The position numbers and the translations under genes were made by a program. From the NCBI GenBank assembly GCA_034431475.1, contig DAOUDE010000111.1, positions 6,931 through 70,930 of the forward strand: DNA of 64,000 bases, in the 5' to 3' direction. Each line of letters begins with the position of its first letter. Position 1 is the stretch's first letter. Source of the DNA: Thermomicrobiales bacterium. Lineage in GTDB: Bacteria; Chloroflexota; Chloroflexia; Thermomicrobiales; UBA6265. A model generated the notes under the pieces. It was given only the letters and a program-made list of their open reading frames with translations. It ran no database searches and was not told the origin of the DNA. This document shows positions 28,659 to 38,039 of this stretch, piece by piece.

Positions 28659-30146
28659 GTGGCAACCACAACCCTGACAAGCTCCACGGCCGAATCCACG
28701 GCGAAAACCTACCCGATCTACGTTGCGGGCGAGTGGCAGACATCGGATGACGTGCTGGAGGTGCGCAGCCCCTACTCCGGCGAACTGGTGGGCACGACCT
28801 ACCAGGCCAGCAAGGAGCAACTGGAGCAGGCCATCGTTGGCGCGGAGCAGGCATTCGAGGTCATGCGCGTCATGCCGACCTACGAGCGGGTGACGCTGCT
28901 CGAGAAGATGGCGGATGGCTTGCAGGCGCGCCGCGACGAGGTTGCCCGCATCATCGCCCTGGAGGCTGGCAAGCCGATCCGGGACGCCGAGGTCGAGGTG
29001 GATCGCGGCGTCTTTACGCTGGTGACCGCCGCCGAGGAAGCGAAGCGCATGGAGGGCGAAGTCATGGCCCTCGACCTGCTGCCCTCCTCGAAGGGGCGCC
29101 ACGCCATCGTGCGCCGCTTCCCCATTGGCCCCATCGCCGGCATCTCGCCCTTCAACTTCCCGCTCAACCTGGCCTTGCACAAGATCGCCCCGGCCATTGC
29201 CTCCGGCAACACCATCGTGCTCAAGCCGCCGTCTCGCGATCCCTTGACCATGCTCATCTTCGCCGAGATCATCGACGCCGCTGGCGTGCCCAGGGGCGCG
29301 GTCAGCATCATGCCGATGGACCGCGAAGTGGGCGATGCGCTGGTCGAAGACCCACGCTTCAAGCTGCTCTCCTTCACCGGGTCGCCGGATGTCGGCTGGG
29401 CCATGAAGAACCGCGCCGGCATGAAGAAGGTCGTGCTGGAGCTTGGCGGCAACGCCGGCGTCATCGTGGACAGCGATGCCGACGTCGATTTCGCCGTGAA
29501 CCGCATCAAGGTCGGTGCATTTGCCTACTCCGGGCAAGTCTGCATCTCCGTGCAGCGCGTGTTCGTCCATGAAGATGTCTATGACGAGTTCCGAGACAAG
29601 CTGATCACCGCCGTCAACAGCATTAAGCTGGGCGACCCGCTGGACCGCACGACCGACCTCGGTCCCATGATCGATCGCAAGTCCCTGCTGCGCACGAAGA
29701 ACTGGGTGGATGACGCAGCGAAGGAAGGCGCCAGGATCCTGACCGGCGGTGAAGACACGGAGGGCTTTTTCAAGCCGACCGTCATTGAAAATCCCAGCCC
29801 GGAGAGCTTCGTCTGCTCGAAGGAAGCGTTCGCCCCGCTGGTGACCATCTTCCCGGTCAAATCCTTCGGTGAGGCGGTTCGCAAGGTCAATGATTCCGAA
29901 TTCGGTCTCCAGGCGGGCGTCTTCACCAACAACCTGGAGAAGGCGCTGGTCGCCTTCGAGAACATCGAGGCGGGCGGTGTGGTTATCAACGACATCCCGA
30001 CCTACCGGATTGACCACATGCCGTACGGCGGCGTGAAGGCCTCTGGTCTGGGCCGCGAGGGCATCAAGTACGCGATAGAGGACATGACCGAGCCGCGCCT
30101 GATGGTGTTCAACCGGCTCGAAAGCCAGAAGGTCTCGCTCGATTAG
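28659..30146 (+). CDS. NAD(P)-dependent aldehyde dehydrogenase
   Basis: ISPFNFPLNL, VLKPP, SFTGSPDVG, LELGGNA, GQVCISVQ, EAFAP, YGGVKASGLGREG; GTG start with GAAAGGA RBS. Confidence 0.95.
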   Translation: MATTTLTSSTAESTAKTYPIYVAGEWQTSDDVLEVRSPYSGELVGTTYQASKEQLEQAIVGAEQAFEVMRVMPTYERVTLLEKMADGLQARRDEVARIIALEAGKPIRDAEVEVDRGVFTLVTAAEEAKRMEGEVMALDLLPSSKGRHAIVRRFPIGPIAGISPFNFPLNLALHKIAPAIASGNTIVLKPPSRDPLTMLIFAEIIDAAGVPRGAVSIMPMDREVGDALVEDPRFKLLSFTGSPDVGWAMKNRAGMKKVVLELGGNAGVIVDSDADVDFAVNRIKVGAFAYSGQVCISVQRVFVHEDVYDEFRDKLITAVNSIKLGDPLDRTTDLGPMIDRKSLLRTKNWVDDAAKEGARILTGGEDTEGFFKPTVIENPSPESFVCSKEAFAPLVTIFPVKSFGEAVRKVNDSEFGLQAGVFTNNLEKALVAFENIEAGGVVINDIPTYRIDHMPYGGVKASGLGREGIKYAIEDMTEPRLMVFNRLESQKVSLD

Positions 30147-30223
30147 CGGGTTCCTGCATCGTTGCTCCAGCAATGGCCGCCCGGCACTCCAACGGGCGGC
30201 CACGTTTGTGTCGAGGCATCACC

Positions 30224-32221
30224 GTGAAAACTGCTCCCATCCATGACCTTGGCGATCAACTGATCGTTGACCTGCGGGCCTCGTATCCGACCCACACCGC
30301 CGGCTCTGCCGGGGCGCAGCCGGTGCGCGACCTCTTTGCCGCCTTTGGCGCGGAGGCCCGGCGCGCTGGCCTCCGCCTTGAAGAGGCGATGTCCGCCGCC
30401 GTGGCGGCCTTGCAGGACCTCTTCGACCGCACTGGCGGGCATGGCGGCGACGCCGCCACGGCACTCGCGGCGGGCACCGCCCTGGCCGCGCTCGCCACCG
30501 CGTTCCACGACGAGGCACGGCTGAGCGAAGGGCTGGAGCAGGGGGAACCGGAAGCGCCGCTCCCCTGGCTGGCGGCGCTCCGCCGCATCAACCGCTCGGC
30601 CACGGCGGACCTCAACCTCACCGACCGCCTGGAAACTGCCGTGCGCGTGCTTGCCGACACGACCGGCGCCGATGCCTGCGGCATCCTGCTCTACGACGAG
30701 GCGACGGATACGCTCGCCCTGCGTGCTGCCGTCGGCCTCAATCCCATCGCCGTCGGCGCGCTGACAATGCACCCCGGCGCCGGTATCACGGGCATGGCGG
30801 CAGCGGAACGGCGCATCATCACGGGCGGCGACGTCGGCGAACACGCCATCAACCCGCTGGCGCCCGCCACTGGCGAGGGTGTGTATGCCTCGCAGATCGC
30901 CGTGCCGATGGTGCTCAGCCGCGCTGGCAAGCCAGAGACGCTGGTCGGCGTCATCAACCTGTTCACCGTCGGCCGCCGCGAGTTCTCCGAGGACGAAACG
31001 ACCTTCCTCCAGACCGTCGCCGGGGAACTGGCCATCGGCATCGAGAACGCACGCCTCTACAGCCGCACCGATGCCCGCCTGCAACGCAAGATCGCCGAGC
31101 TCGGCACCATGCAGCGCGTCTCCCACACTATCGCCTCCACGCTCGACCTGGAAGACGTGCTGCGCCTGATCGCTGAACAGGCGGTCAGCCTTTTCAACGT
31201 CGAGGCCGCCGCCATCTTCCGCTTTTCGGGGCGCGATGGCAGCACCACCGAGCCGCTCACCATCGGCTACCGCGTGGACCGGGCTCGCGATGTCGTAGAC
31301 GCACCTGGCCGCGACGAGGTTATCCGCGAGGTCATGGAAACCAACGCCGCCCGCTCCGTGGATATGGATTACCTCGATGGCTCCGGGCGTCTCTTCTGCT
31401 TGCCGCTGCGCTCCGCGCGCGAGCCATTTGGCGCGCTCTGCCTGCGCATGCCCTCAGAAGCCGAGTTGCCAGAAGATCAGCTTGGCCTGCTGCAGGCATT
31501 CTCGGACGCCGCCACCATGGCGATCGAGAATGCAACCCTCTACGAGGAGACCCGGCGCGGTCTGGAGGTCGCCTCCGCGCTGCTGCAGGAGATGCACCAC
31601 CGCGTCCGCAACAATCTGCAGACCGTGGCGGCATTGCTCTCCATCCAGCTCCGGCACCACGAGTCGGCGCCGTGGGCCTCGCATCTGCGTGAAGCCACCA
31701 GCCGCGTCCAGGCCATCGCGGCCGTCCATGATCTGCTGAGTGACGAATCTCGGCTCGGGGGCACCACGGTCGATGTTATCGCGCGGCACGCCGCCGACGA
31801 GGCGTTTGGGACGTTGACCCCTCCCGGCCTCTCGGTTCGCTTCGACATTCCGAAGAGCGATGTAATGGTTCCGTCGAAGCAGGCCACCATCCTGGCGCTC
31901 CTTATCAATGAGCTGGTGGCTAATGCCGTCAAGCACGGCTTCCAGGGGCGAGATCGCGGCATCATTTCCATCACCGCCGTCGAGGAAAACGGTGAAGCCG
32001 TCGTGGAGATTGCGAACGACGGCGTTGCCATCTCGAACAACTTCGATCCGTCCGAGAGCCGCGGTTTGGGCATGCGCATCGTGCAGCGGCTGGTAACGGC
32101 TGATCTGAACGGAGCGTTTCACATCGGCCCGACTGAGCAGGGCTCGGTCGCCGTCGTTCGCTTCCCCATCGCGTCCGAAGAGGCCAACGTCCCGCTTGCA
32201 CCCATTGCAACGCGGGCCTGA
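30224..32221 (+). CDS. Soluble double-GAF sensor histidine kinase (HisKA_2/PdtaS-EutW type)
   Basis: Two GAF domains, H-box EMHHRVRNNLQ, NELVANAVKHG, ANDG, GLGMRIV; no clear TM; start 30224 or 30173. Confidence 0.88.
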   Translation: MKTAPIHDLGDQLIVDLRASYPTHTAGSAGAQPVRDLFAAFGAEARRAGLRLEEAMSAAVAALQDLFDRTGGHGGDAATALAAGTALAALATAFHDEARLSEGLEQGEPEAPLPWLAALRRINRSATADLNLTDRLETAVRVLADTTGADACGILLYDEATDTLALRAAVGLNPIAVGALTMHPGAGITGMAAAERRIITGGDVGEHAINPLAPATGEGVYASQIAVPMVLSRAGKPETLVGVINLFTVGRREFSEDETTFLQTVAGELAIGIENARLYSRTDARLQRKIAELGTMQRVSHTIASTLDLEDVLRLIAEQAVSLFNVEAAAIFRFSGRDGSTTEPLTIGYRVDRARDVVDAPGRDEVIREVMETNAARSVDMDYLDGSGRLFCLPLRSAREPFGALCLRMPSEAELPEDQLGLLQAFSDAATMAIENATLYEETRRGLEVASALLQEMHHRVRNNLQTVAALLSIQLRHHESAPWASHLREATSRVQAIAAVHDLLSDESRLGGTTVDVIARHAADEAFGTLTPPGLSVRFDIPKSDVMVPSKQATILALLINELVANAVKHGFQGRDRGIISITAVEENGEAVVEIANDGVAISNNFDPSESRGLGMRIVQRLVTADLNGAFHIGPTEQGSVAVVRFPIASEEANVPLAPIATRA

Positions 32222-32226
32222 CGGCG

Positions 32227-32553
32227 CTACCCCACCGGTGGCTGCCCATGGGTTTCGATGCGGGCGAGCTGCTCCCTGGCGGCGGCTCGGGCAATCTCAT
32301 GTGCAGCCACCGGCGTCGTGAAAATCAGCAGTATCCCGATCAGCGCCGAGCGGGCGATGATTTCGGGATCCCCGCTGAAGGAAACCGCCACGAGGAGCGA
32401 GCAGACGCCGAGAAACACGGACTTCGAGGCGGCATGCAACTTGGTGTAGACATCTGGCATACGGAAGATACCGATCACCCCGATCGTCATGACGGTCAAC
32501 CCCAGCAGGGTGAACGCGTCGGAGATGAGTTCTTCGATGGGCATGCTGATCAC
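32227..32553 (-). CDS. mrpG: Mrp Na+/H+ antiporter subunit G
   Basis: GIFRMPDVYTKLHAASK, FTTPVAAHEIARAA. Confidence 0.92.
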   Translation of the reverse strand: MISMPIEELISDAFTLLGLTVMTIGVIGIFRMPDVYTKLHAASKSVFLGVCSLLVAVSFSGDPEIIARSALIGILLIFTTPVAAHEIARAAAREQLARIETHGQPPVG

Positions 32554-32816
32554 AGCACGCGCCCTGCCGCCAACCAGCGCGACGCCGCCACCGTTGACAC
32601 GAACGACACGAGCGCCAGGGCCAGCGCCGCATCCATGAAATACGGTTCCTGCCGCGATGCGGCGAAGAGCACCAGCACGGCAACCAGGATCAGGGTCATC
32701 GCGTCCAGCGCCAGGATGCGCACCGCGTTCGATGGCGCGCGGATGGCAAGGATGACAATTGCTGCCAGCAGCCAGGTCATCCAGATCATGCCGGCGGCAA
32801 CCACGTTCAGGTCCAT
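32550..32816 (-). CDS. mrpF: Mrp antiporter subunit F
   Basis: RILALDAM, FMDAALALALVSFVSTVA; operon position. Confidence 0.9.
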   Translation of the reverse strand: MDLNVVAAGMIWMTWLLAAIVILAIRAPSNAVRILALDAMTLILVAVLVLFAASRQEPYFMDAALALALVSFVSTVAASRWLAAGRVL

Positions 32817-32831
32817 GGCGGTTCGCTCCTG

Positions 32832-33323
32832 CTACGGCAACACGGGCCGCTGATACTGCTCGTAAAACGCCTGGGCGTCCGCTGCCACCCGTTGAGAATC
32901 TCCGGCGTCCAGGGCGTGAACTACCCAGGAGTTCGCGTCGGTGTCGAGGCCAATGTAGACACTACCTGGGGACAGCGTGTTCAGGAATCCGGAGAACTCC
33001 ACTCCCTGCTCGCTGCGCGCACCCACCGGTATCGACACGAAGCCGTCAGCTTCCGGGAGCTTCGGTGCGAGCACCGCTCGGGCCACGTTCACCGTGCCGC
33101 GCACGATTTCGATGAGCTCGGCAATGATCAGGCGCGGCAAGTGCAGCAGGCTGTTCAGCACGGCGCTTTCGGCCGGGGAAGGTTCCGGGAAAATGAACGT
33201 CCGGAAGCCGCGCAGGATCACGAAGCCCAGTACGAGCCCCAGGCCGATATCCCACGGATCTGCCGATGCCAGCGCCAGGCAGTAGATGACCGCCATCAAC
33301 ACCGTCCCGATCAGTGTTCGCAT
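32832..33323 (-). CDS. mrpE: Mrp antiporter subunit E
   Basis: NVARAVL, LNTLSPGS, VVHALDA. Confidence 0.88.
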   Translation of the reverse strand: MRTLIGTVLMAVIYCLALASADPWDIGLGLVLGFVILRGFRTFIFPEPSPAESAVLNSLLHLPRLIIAELIEIVRGTVNVARAVLAPKLPEADGFVSIPVGARSEQGVEFSGFLNTLSPGSVYIGLDTDANSWVVHALDAGDSQRVAADAQAFYEQYQRPVLP

Positions 33324-34711
33324 CAGCGCCCCCCCGGTATGAGCGTCGCCGCTGCCAGTTCACTCAGGGCCAGGAGCGGCTCTGGCCACAGCCCCGTGAT
33401 CAACATGAGGAGCGCCAATACCAGCACGATACCGGTTCGCACCGCTTCCGGTCGATCTGCGATGGTGGTCGAAGCGTGCCAGTACGTGCGGCCATAGGAC
33501 TGAAACATGTAGACGAGCGAGAGCACCCCTCCCAGGATGACAATCGCGGTCAACATCAGCCGTCCAGATTCGCTGTGATCCTGGATGGTGGCCCGGAAAA
33601 GCGCAGTTTTGCCCCAGAACCCGAGTGCGGGCGGCACCCCCGCCACGCTGAACGCCCCGATGGCGAACGCCAGCCCGGCGTATCGCCCCGACTGGGCCCC
33701 GGAGAGGAAGAGCAGCGTCTTGTTCGCCGAGTTGACCAGCGTGTAGAGCACAGCCGCGGTCAAGCCGAACTGCCCGCCGATGGCAATGGCGATCAGGATA
33801 TAGCCCACCTGACCAATCGAGGAGTAGGCGATCACCGCCGAGGGTTCATGGCGGGAGATCGATTGCAGGCCTCCGTAGATGATGCTTGCCACGCCCAGGA
33901 TCACGAGCACGGGCGCGGACAGGGCCAGTTCGCGGGGCAGCATGCCTGCACCAATGCGCAGCAGGCCATACGCGCCAATGATGGAGAGGGCGCCACTGAA
34001 CATGGCCGCCACGGAGGGATGCACCCCGGTGTACACGGCTGGCAACCAGAAGTGGAATGGAAAGATGCCCAGTTTCACCGCCAGGGCCACAAACAGGAGC
34101 GTACCGGCAATGATCGCCGGGTTCTCTTCGACCACCGGAATCCGCGCCGCGATGCGGGCCATATCGAGCGTGCCAGTTACGTGGTAGAGGGAGACGATCC
34201 CCATCAGGAAGATCACGGACCCCAGCAGGTTCACCACCGCGAAGATCACCGCCGCACGGAGCTGCCGCCGCTCTTCCCCGTAGGCCGCGAGGATGTAGGA
34301 GGAGATCATCGCGATCTCGAAGAAGACGTAGAAGTTGAACGCATCACCAGTCAGGAAGAGCCCGGTCAGCCCGGCCGCCAGAAAGAGCGAGAGTGCCGGA
34401 AAGGAGCGGGATTCGATGCCGCCAGTCATCTCGTAGCAAAAAGCGACAAAGATCACCGCGCTGGCAGTCAACGCAAAGGCCACGCCCAGCGCATCCGCGC
34501 GGAGCGTGATTCCCACACCCTCCGGCCAGTTGCCCGCCACCATCTCCTGTGAGCCATTGGCAAGCACCGCCTGTGTCAGCACCAGGTTGGCCATCAGCCC
34601 GGCGCCCAGCAGCAGCGCGGCCGCGAGAGCAATGCCTCGCCGCCGCCCATCGGCCAGCGACAGGAGGAGCCCGCCGATCCAGAACGTCGCCAGGGGGGCA
34701 ATCAGCATCAT
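33323..34711 (-). CDS. mrpD: Mrp antiporter subunit D
   Basis: LRADAL, TGDAFNFYVFFEIA, KLGIFPFHFWLP, AYSSIGQVGY. Confidence 0.93.
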   Translation of the reverse strand: MMLIAPLATFWIGGLLLSLADGRRRGIALAAALLLGAGLMANLVLTQAVLANGSQEMVAGNWPEGVGITLRADALGVAFALTASAVIFVAFCYEMTGGIESRSFPALSLFLAAGLTGLFLTGDAFNFYVFFEIAMISSYILAAYGEERRQLRAAVIFAVVNLLGSVIFLMGIVSLYHVTGTLDMARIAARIPVVEENPAIIAGTLLFVALAVKLGIFPFHFWLPAVYTGVHPSVAAMFSGALSIIGAYGLLRIGAGMLPRELALSAPVLVILGVASIIYGGLQSISRHEPSAVIAYSSIGQVGYILIAIAIGGQFGLTAAVLYTLVNSANKTLLFLSGAQSGRYAGLAFAIGAFSVAGVPPALGFWGKTALFRATIQDHSESGRLMLTAIVILGGVLSLVYMFQSYGRTYWHASTTIADRPEAVRTGIVLVLALLMLITGLWPEPLLALSELAAATLIPGGR

Positions 34712-35130
34712 GCCGCCTTCCCCTCTTCCTGCAGTGCCGCCTCGTCGTCGTGTGGGTCATCGGCGCCGGCATCGGACTCGGCAATCTGCTCTTCCACCTC
34801 TTCTGCCTCGGCCAGGGTGTCGGTATCCAGGGTCGCGTGCGCCAGGTAGACGCGGTAGATCAGGCTGAGCAGAAGTGCGGTGACGCCAAAGGTAATCACG
34901 ATGGCCGTCAGGGTCAGCGCCTGCACCAGCGGGTCGGCAATATCGACGCCAGCCGGGACGGGGAGCACTGGCGCCGCGCCGCGCCGCAGCCCGGCCATCA
35001 TGATGAACAGGTTGGCGCCATTCGAAATGAGCAGCACGCCAACCACGACCCGGATCAGATCGTGCTTGAGGAGCAGGTAGCTGCCGGAACCGATCAACAC
35101 CGCCACAGCCGCTGAGACAAGGAGGGTCAT
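34708..35130 (-). CDS. mrpC: Mrp antiporter subunit C
   Basis: ISNGANL, DPLVQALTLTAIVITFG; ATG at 35130 overlaps the mrpB stop. Confidence 0.92.
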   Translation of the reverse strand: MTLLVSAAVAVLIGSGSYLLLKHDLIRVVVGVLLISNGANLFIMMAGLRRGAAPVLPVPAGVDIADPLVQALTLTAIVITFGVTALLLSLIYRVYLAHATLDTDTLAEAEEVEEQIAESDAGADDPHDDEAALQEEGKAA

Positions 35131-35558
35131 GGCGGCAACTGCTCCCGGGATTCCGCGCGGGAAACCAGCGCCAGCGCGGTCACGGTAAAGCCCACCACCA
35201 GCAGGAAGACCCCGACGTCGAAGGCGACAGCCGTCAGGATTTCCACCGTGCCGAAATGCAGGACCTTGGCGTCGGGCGGGGGCCAGTGGGTGAGGAGCGG
35301 CAGCCCACGCAGGACCGGCAGAAAGGTGCAGGCGAGGGCCAGCGCCAGGCCGCACATCGCCACCACCGGCGCGTACCTGGTGTGCAGGCTCCGCCGGACG
35401 TTGCGTTCACCGAACGCAACGAACTGCATCGCGAACGCCATCCCGGCAATGATGCCCGCCGCGAAGCCGTCGCCCGCGCCTACGTAGCCCTTGATCAGGA
35501 CCGCGAAGGCCACCATTAGGGTCGGCGCGAACAGCAGTCGGGAAATGCGCTGTGTCAT
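35127..35558 (-). CDS. mrpB: Mrp antiporter subunit B
   Basis: GAGDGFAAGIIAG, AFDVGVFLLVVG. Confidence 0.9.
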   Translation of the reverse strand: MTQRISRLLFAPTLMVAFAVLIKGYVGAGDGFAAGIIAGMAFAMQFVAFGERNVRRSLHTRYAPVVAMCGLALALACTFLPVLRGLPLLTHWPPPDAKVLHFGTVEILTAVAFDVGVFLLVVGFTVTALALVSRAESREQLPP

Positions 35559-37891
35559 TCGCGCCCTCGCCGTTGCATGGGCCGCTGCAACAGCGTGATG
35601 AGCCCGATCATGGTGATCCCGATGACCGTGATCTCGCCCATGGTGTCCAGCCCACGGAAATCCGAGAGAATGGCGGTCACTACATCCCGGGCGTGCGCCG
35701 AAGGCGTCAGTTCGATTTGCTGCGTGGCCACGCTTTCGATGGACGCAGGCTTGCTGAAGATGCCCCAGACCACCACAAAGGTGGCGGCGGCGGCCAGCAC
35801 CCCGATGACGCGGTCACGATTCACGTGGGCGCCACGCTGGCCAGTCTCGAAGCCGGAAATATGTGGCCGGTCGCGCATGGCCGCCAGGAACCCGATAAAG
35901 ACGAGTGAGAGCACCGTCTCCATCAGCACGGCGACCAACGCGACATCAGGTGCGCCGAGGAAGGCGTAGACCGCCGCCAGTGGGAAACCCACCGCCGAGA
36001 CCAGCAGGACCGCTGTCAGGTGCCCCGTGACCTGGGTGGTCGTCACCGCCGCCACGCACACGACGAACAGCAGCAGGATCATCACCAGGTCGCCTGTCTC
36101 CACGGCGCCGGCGAGGAATGCCCCTTCATTGGGCGTGAAGAACAATCCCAGCAGAACGAACACGCCGACCGGCAGGAGCACGGTCGCGACCCGGCTGCGC
36201 AGATCGTGCACCTCGTACCCGTACATACGGTCAGAGAGGGCGTTGACGCTCTCCAACGCGCGCCGGTAGATGCGCTCCGGGCCATAGTGCTCGCCAAGGC
36301 GCCCCACGCGCCGTGACAGCACCTGCCAGGAGCGCCGTGTCGCCAGGATCGTCAGCCCTGCGGCCCAGGCGGCGACCGCCATCACGTTCTCGGGCCGCGT
36401 GTCCAGGTGGTAGGCCAGCCCGACCGAAACGCGCTCGAAGAGCGAATCACTGCCGCCGGCATTGGCCAACTCGTTGGCCGGTCCCACCCAGATCCCGAAC
36501 AGGACACAGACGCCAGCAAGCACCGTGATGGCGGCTGGCATCAACCACGGCACATCCCCCGGCACAGCCCGCAACTCCCCGAGGAAGATGCTCCCCCAGA
36601 AGCGCGCGATGTAGGCAAACGTCAGCGCCGCCGCCGCGACCGCCAGGACGGTAAACCCCGTTCCCGCATCATGCATGGCCGCAAAGAAGAGTTCATCCTT
36701 GAAGAACCCCATGGTCCCTGGCAGCGCGGCAATCGCCGCCGCAGCGATGCCGCTGGTCACCGCCAGGAGTGGCATGGGGCGGCCAAGGCCGCCCACCTCC
36801 GACAGGTTCTTCCTGCCCGTCGCTTCGGTGACAGCCCCGGCCGTCAGGAAGAGCGCGCACTTGGCAGCGGCGTGCGCCAGCACGTACATCGCGGCGCCAA
36901 CGGCCCCGTAGACGCCACCAAGGCCGAGGAGCACCACGACGTAGCCGTACTGCCCGATGGTGGAATACGCCAGCACGCGCTTCATGTCATCGCGGCCGAT
37001 TGCCAGAATGCCGCCAATCATGATCGAGCAGAGCCCGATCAGCAGCAGTGCTTGCGGCAGCCACACGGCCCGGTGCACCAGCGGCAGGAGCCGCTCCAGC
37101 AGGAACACCCCGGCCGCCACCATCGCCGCCGAGTGCAGATAGGAGGACACCGGCGTCGGCGCAACCATGGCGCGCGGCAACCAGAAGTGGAGCGGCATCT
37201 GCGCGCTCTTGGCGAGCGCCGCGATGGCAATCAGCCAGATCGCCGTCGAGAAGGCGACATCGGCATCGGCCCGGGCCACGAGTTCGTTGACGGAGGTCGT
37301 CCCTGTTTGCGCCCAGAGCAACACCACCCCGGCCAGCATCAGGACGGCCGTGCCAGCGGTGACCAGCAGCGCCATCAGCGCCGCCGGACGCGAGGCCGGC
37401 TCATCGCGGTCGAAGCCGATCAGGAAATAGGACGTGATGGCCGTCAGGTCCCAGAAGATGAAGAGCAGCAGCAGGTCGTCCGACATGACCATGCCAAGCA
37501 TGGCGCTCATGAACAACAGGATCAGCGCGTAGAAGACGGTCGCCTCATCCGCGTCCCGGTGCTGGTGGTGCAGGTGCCGGGGCAGGTATACGCTCGAGTA
37601 CACCAGGACGACCGTTCCCACCCCGGTGGCGAGCAACCCGTAGATGGCGGAAACGCCATCGAACTCGATGGTGGCGGTGAGTCCCCAGGTCGGAACCCAG
37701 GCAAGCTCGGCGACTCCGCCCCCACCGAGCCAGGCGAGCAGCGTCAGGAGATAGCACGCTCCAGCCGTGCTAACGGCCACCACCGCGGCAACGCGTGGCC
37801 GTCCCCACCCCAGCAGGAGCGTCAACGGCGCACTGAGCAGCGCAATGGCCAGCAGCAGCAACGGAGATGGCACAGCGAAGGTCTCAACCAT
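35555..37891 (-). CDS. mrpA: Mrp antiporter subunit A
   Basis: FWDLTAITSYFLIG, KSAQMPLHFWLPRAMVAPTPVSSYLHSAAMV, APDVAL, DFRGLDTMGE. Confidence 0.95.
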   Translation of the reverse strand: MVETFAVPSPLLLLAIALLSAPLTLLLGWGRPRVAAVVAVSTAGACYLLTLLAWLGGGGVAELAWVPTWGLTATIEFDGVSAIYGLLATGVGTVVLVYSSVYLPRHLHHQHRDADEATVFYALILLFMSAMLGMVMSDDLLLLFIFWDLTAITSYFLIGFDRDEPASRPAALMALLVTAGTAVLMLAGVVLLWAQTGTTSVNELVARADADVAFSTAIWLIAIAALAKSAQMPLHFWLPRAMVAPTPVSSYLHSAAMVAAGVFLLERLLPLVHRAVWLPQALLLIGLCSIMIGGILAIGRDDMKRVLAYSTIGQYGYVVVLLGLGGVYGAVGAAMYVLAHAAAKCALFLTAGAVTEATGRKNLSEVGGLGRPMPLLAVTSGIAAAAIAALPGTMGFFKDELFFAAMHDAGTGFTVLAVAAAALTFAYIARFWGSIFLGELRAVPGDVPWLMPAAITVLAGVCVLFGIWVGPANELANAGGSDSLFERVSVGLAYHLDTRPENVMAVAAWAAGLTILATRRSWQVLSRRVGRLGEHYGPERIYRRALESVNALSDRMYGYEVHDLRSRVATVLLPVGVFVLLGLFFTPNEGAFLAGAVETGDLVMILLLFVVCVAAVTTTQVTGHLTAVLLVSAVGFPLAAVYAFLGAPDVALVAVLMETVLSLVFIGFLAAMRDRPHISGFETGQRGAHVNRDRVIGVLAAAATFVVVWGIFSKPASIESVATQQIELTPSAHARDVVTAILSDFRGLDTMGEITVIGITMIGLITLLQRPMQRRGRE

Positions 37892-38039
37892 GGCGTGTTG
37901 TGGTCACTGGCCACAGCATGGCCGCCGCCCTTTCCCCTCTCCACCATTCCTTCAGGGACGGTAACACACGCCCCCGGCGTCACGCCCGGATGTGGTCCCT
38001 GAAATGCGAATCCACCCGGTGCACGAGCACCGGGGTAGC

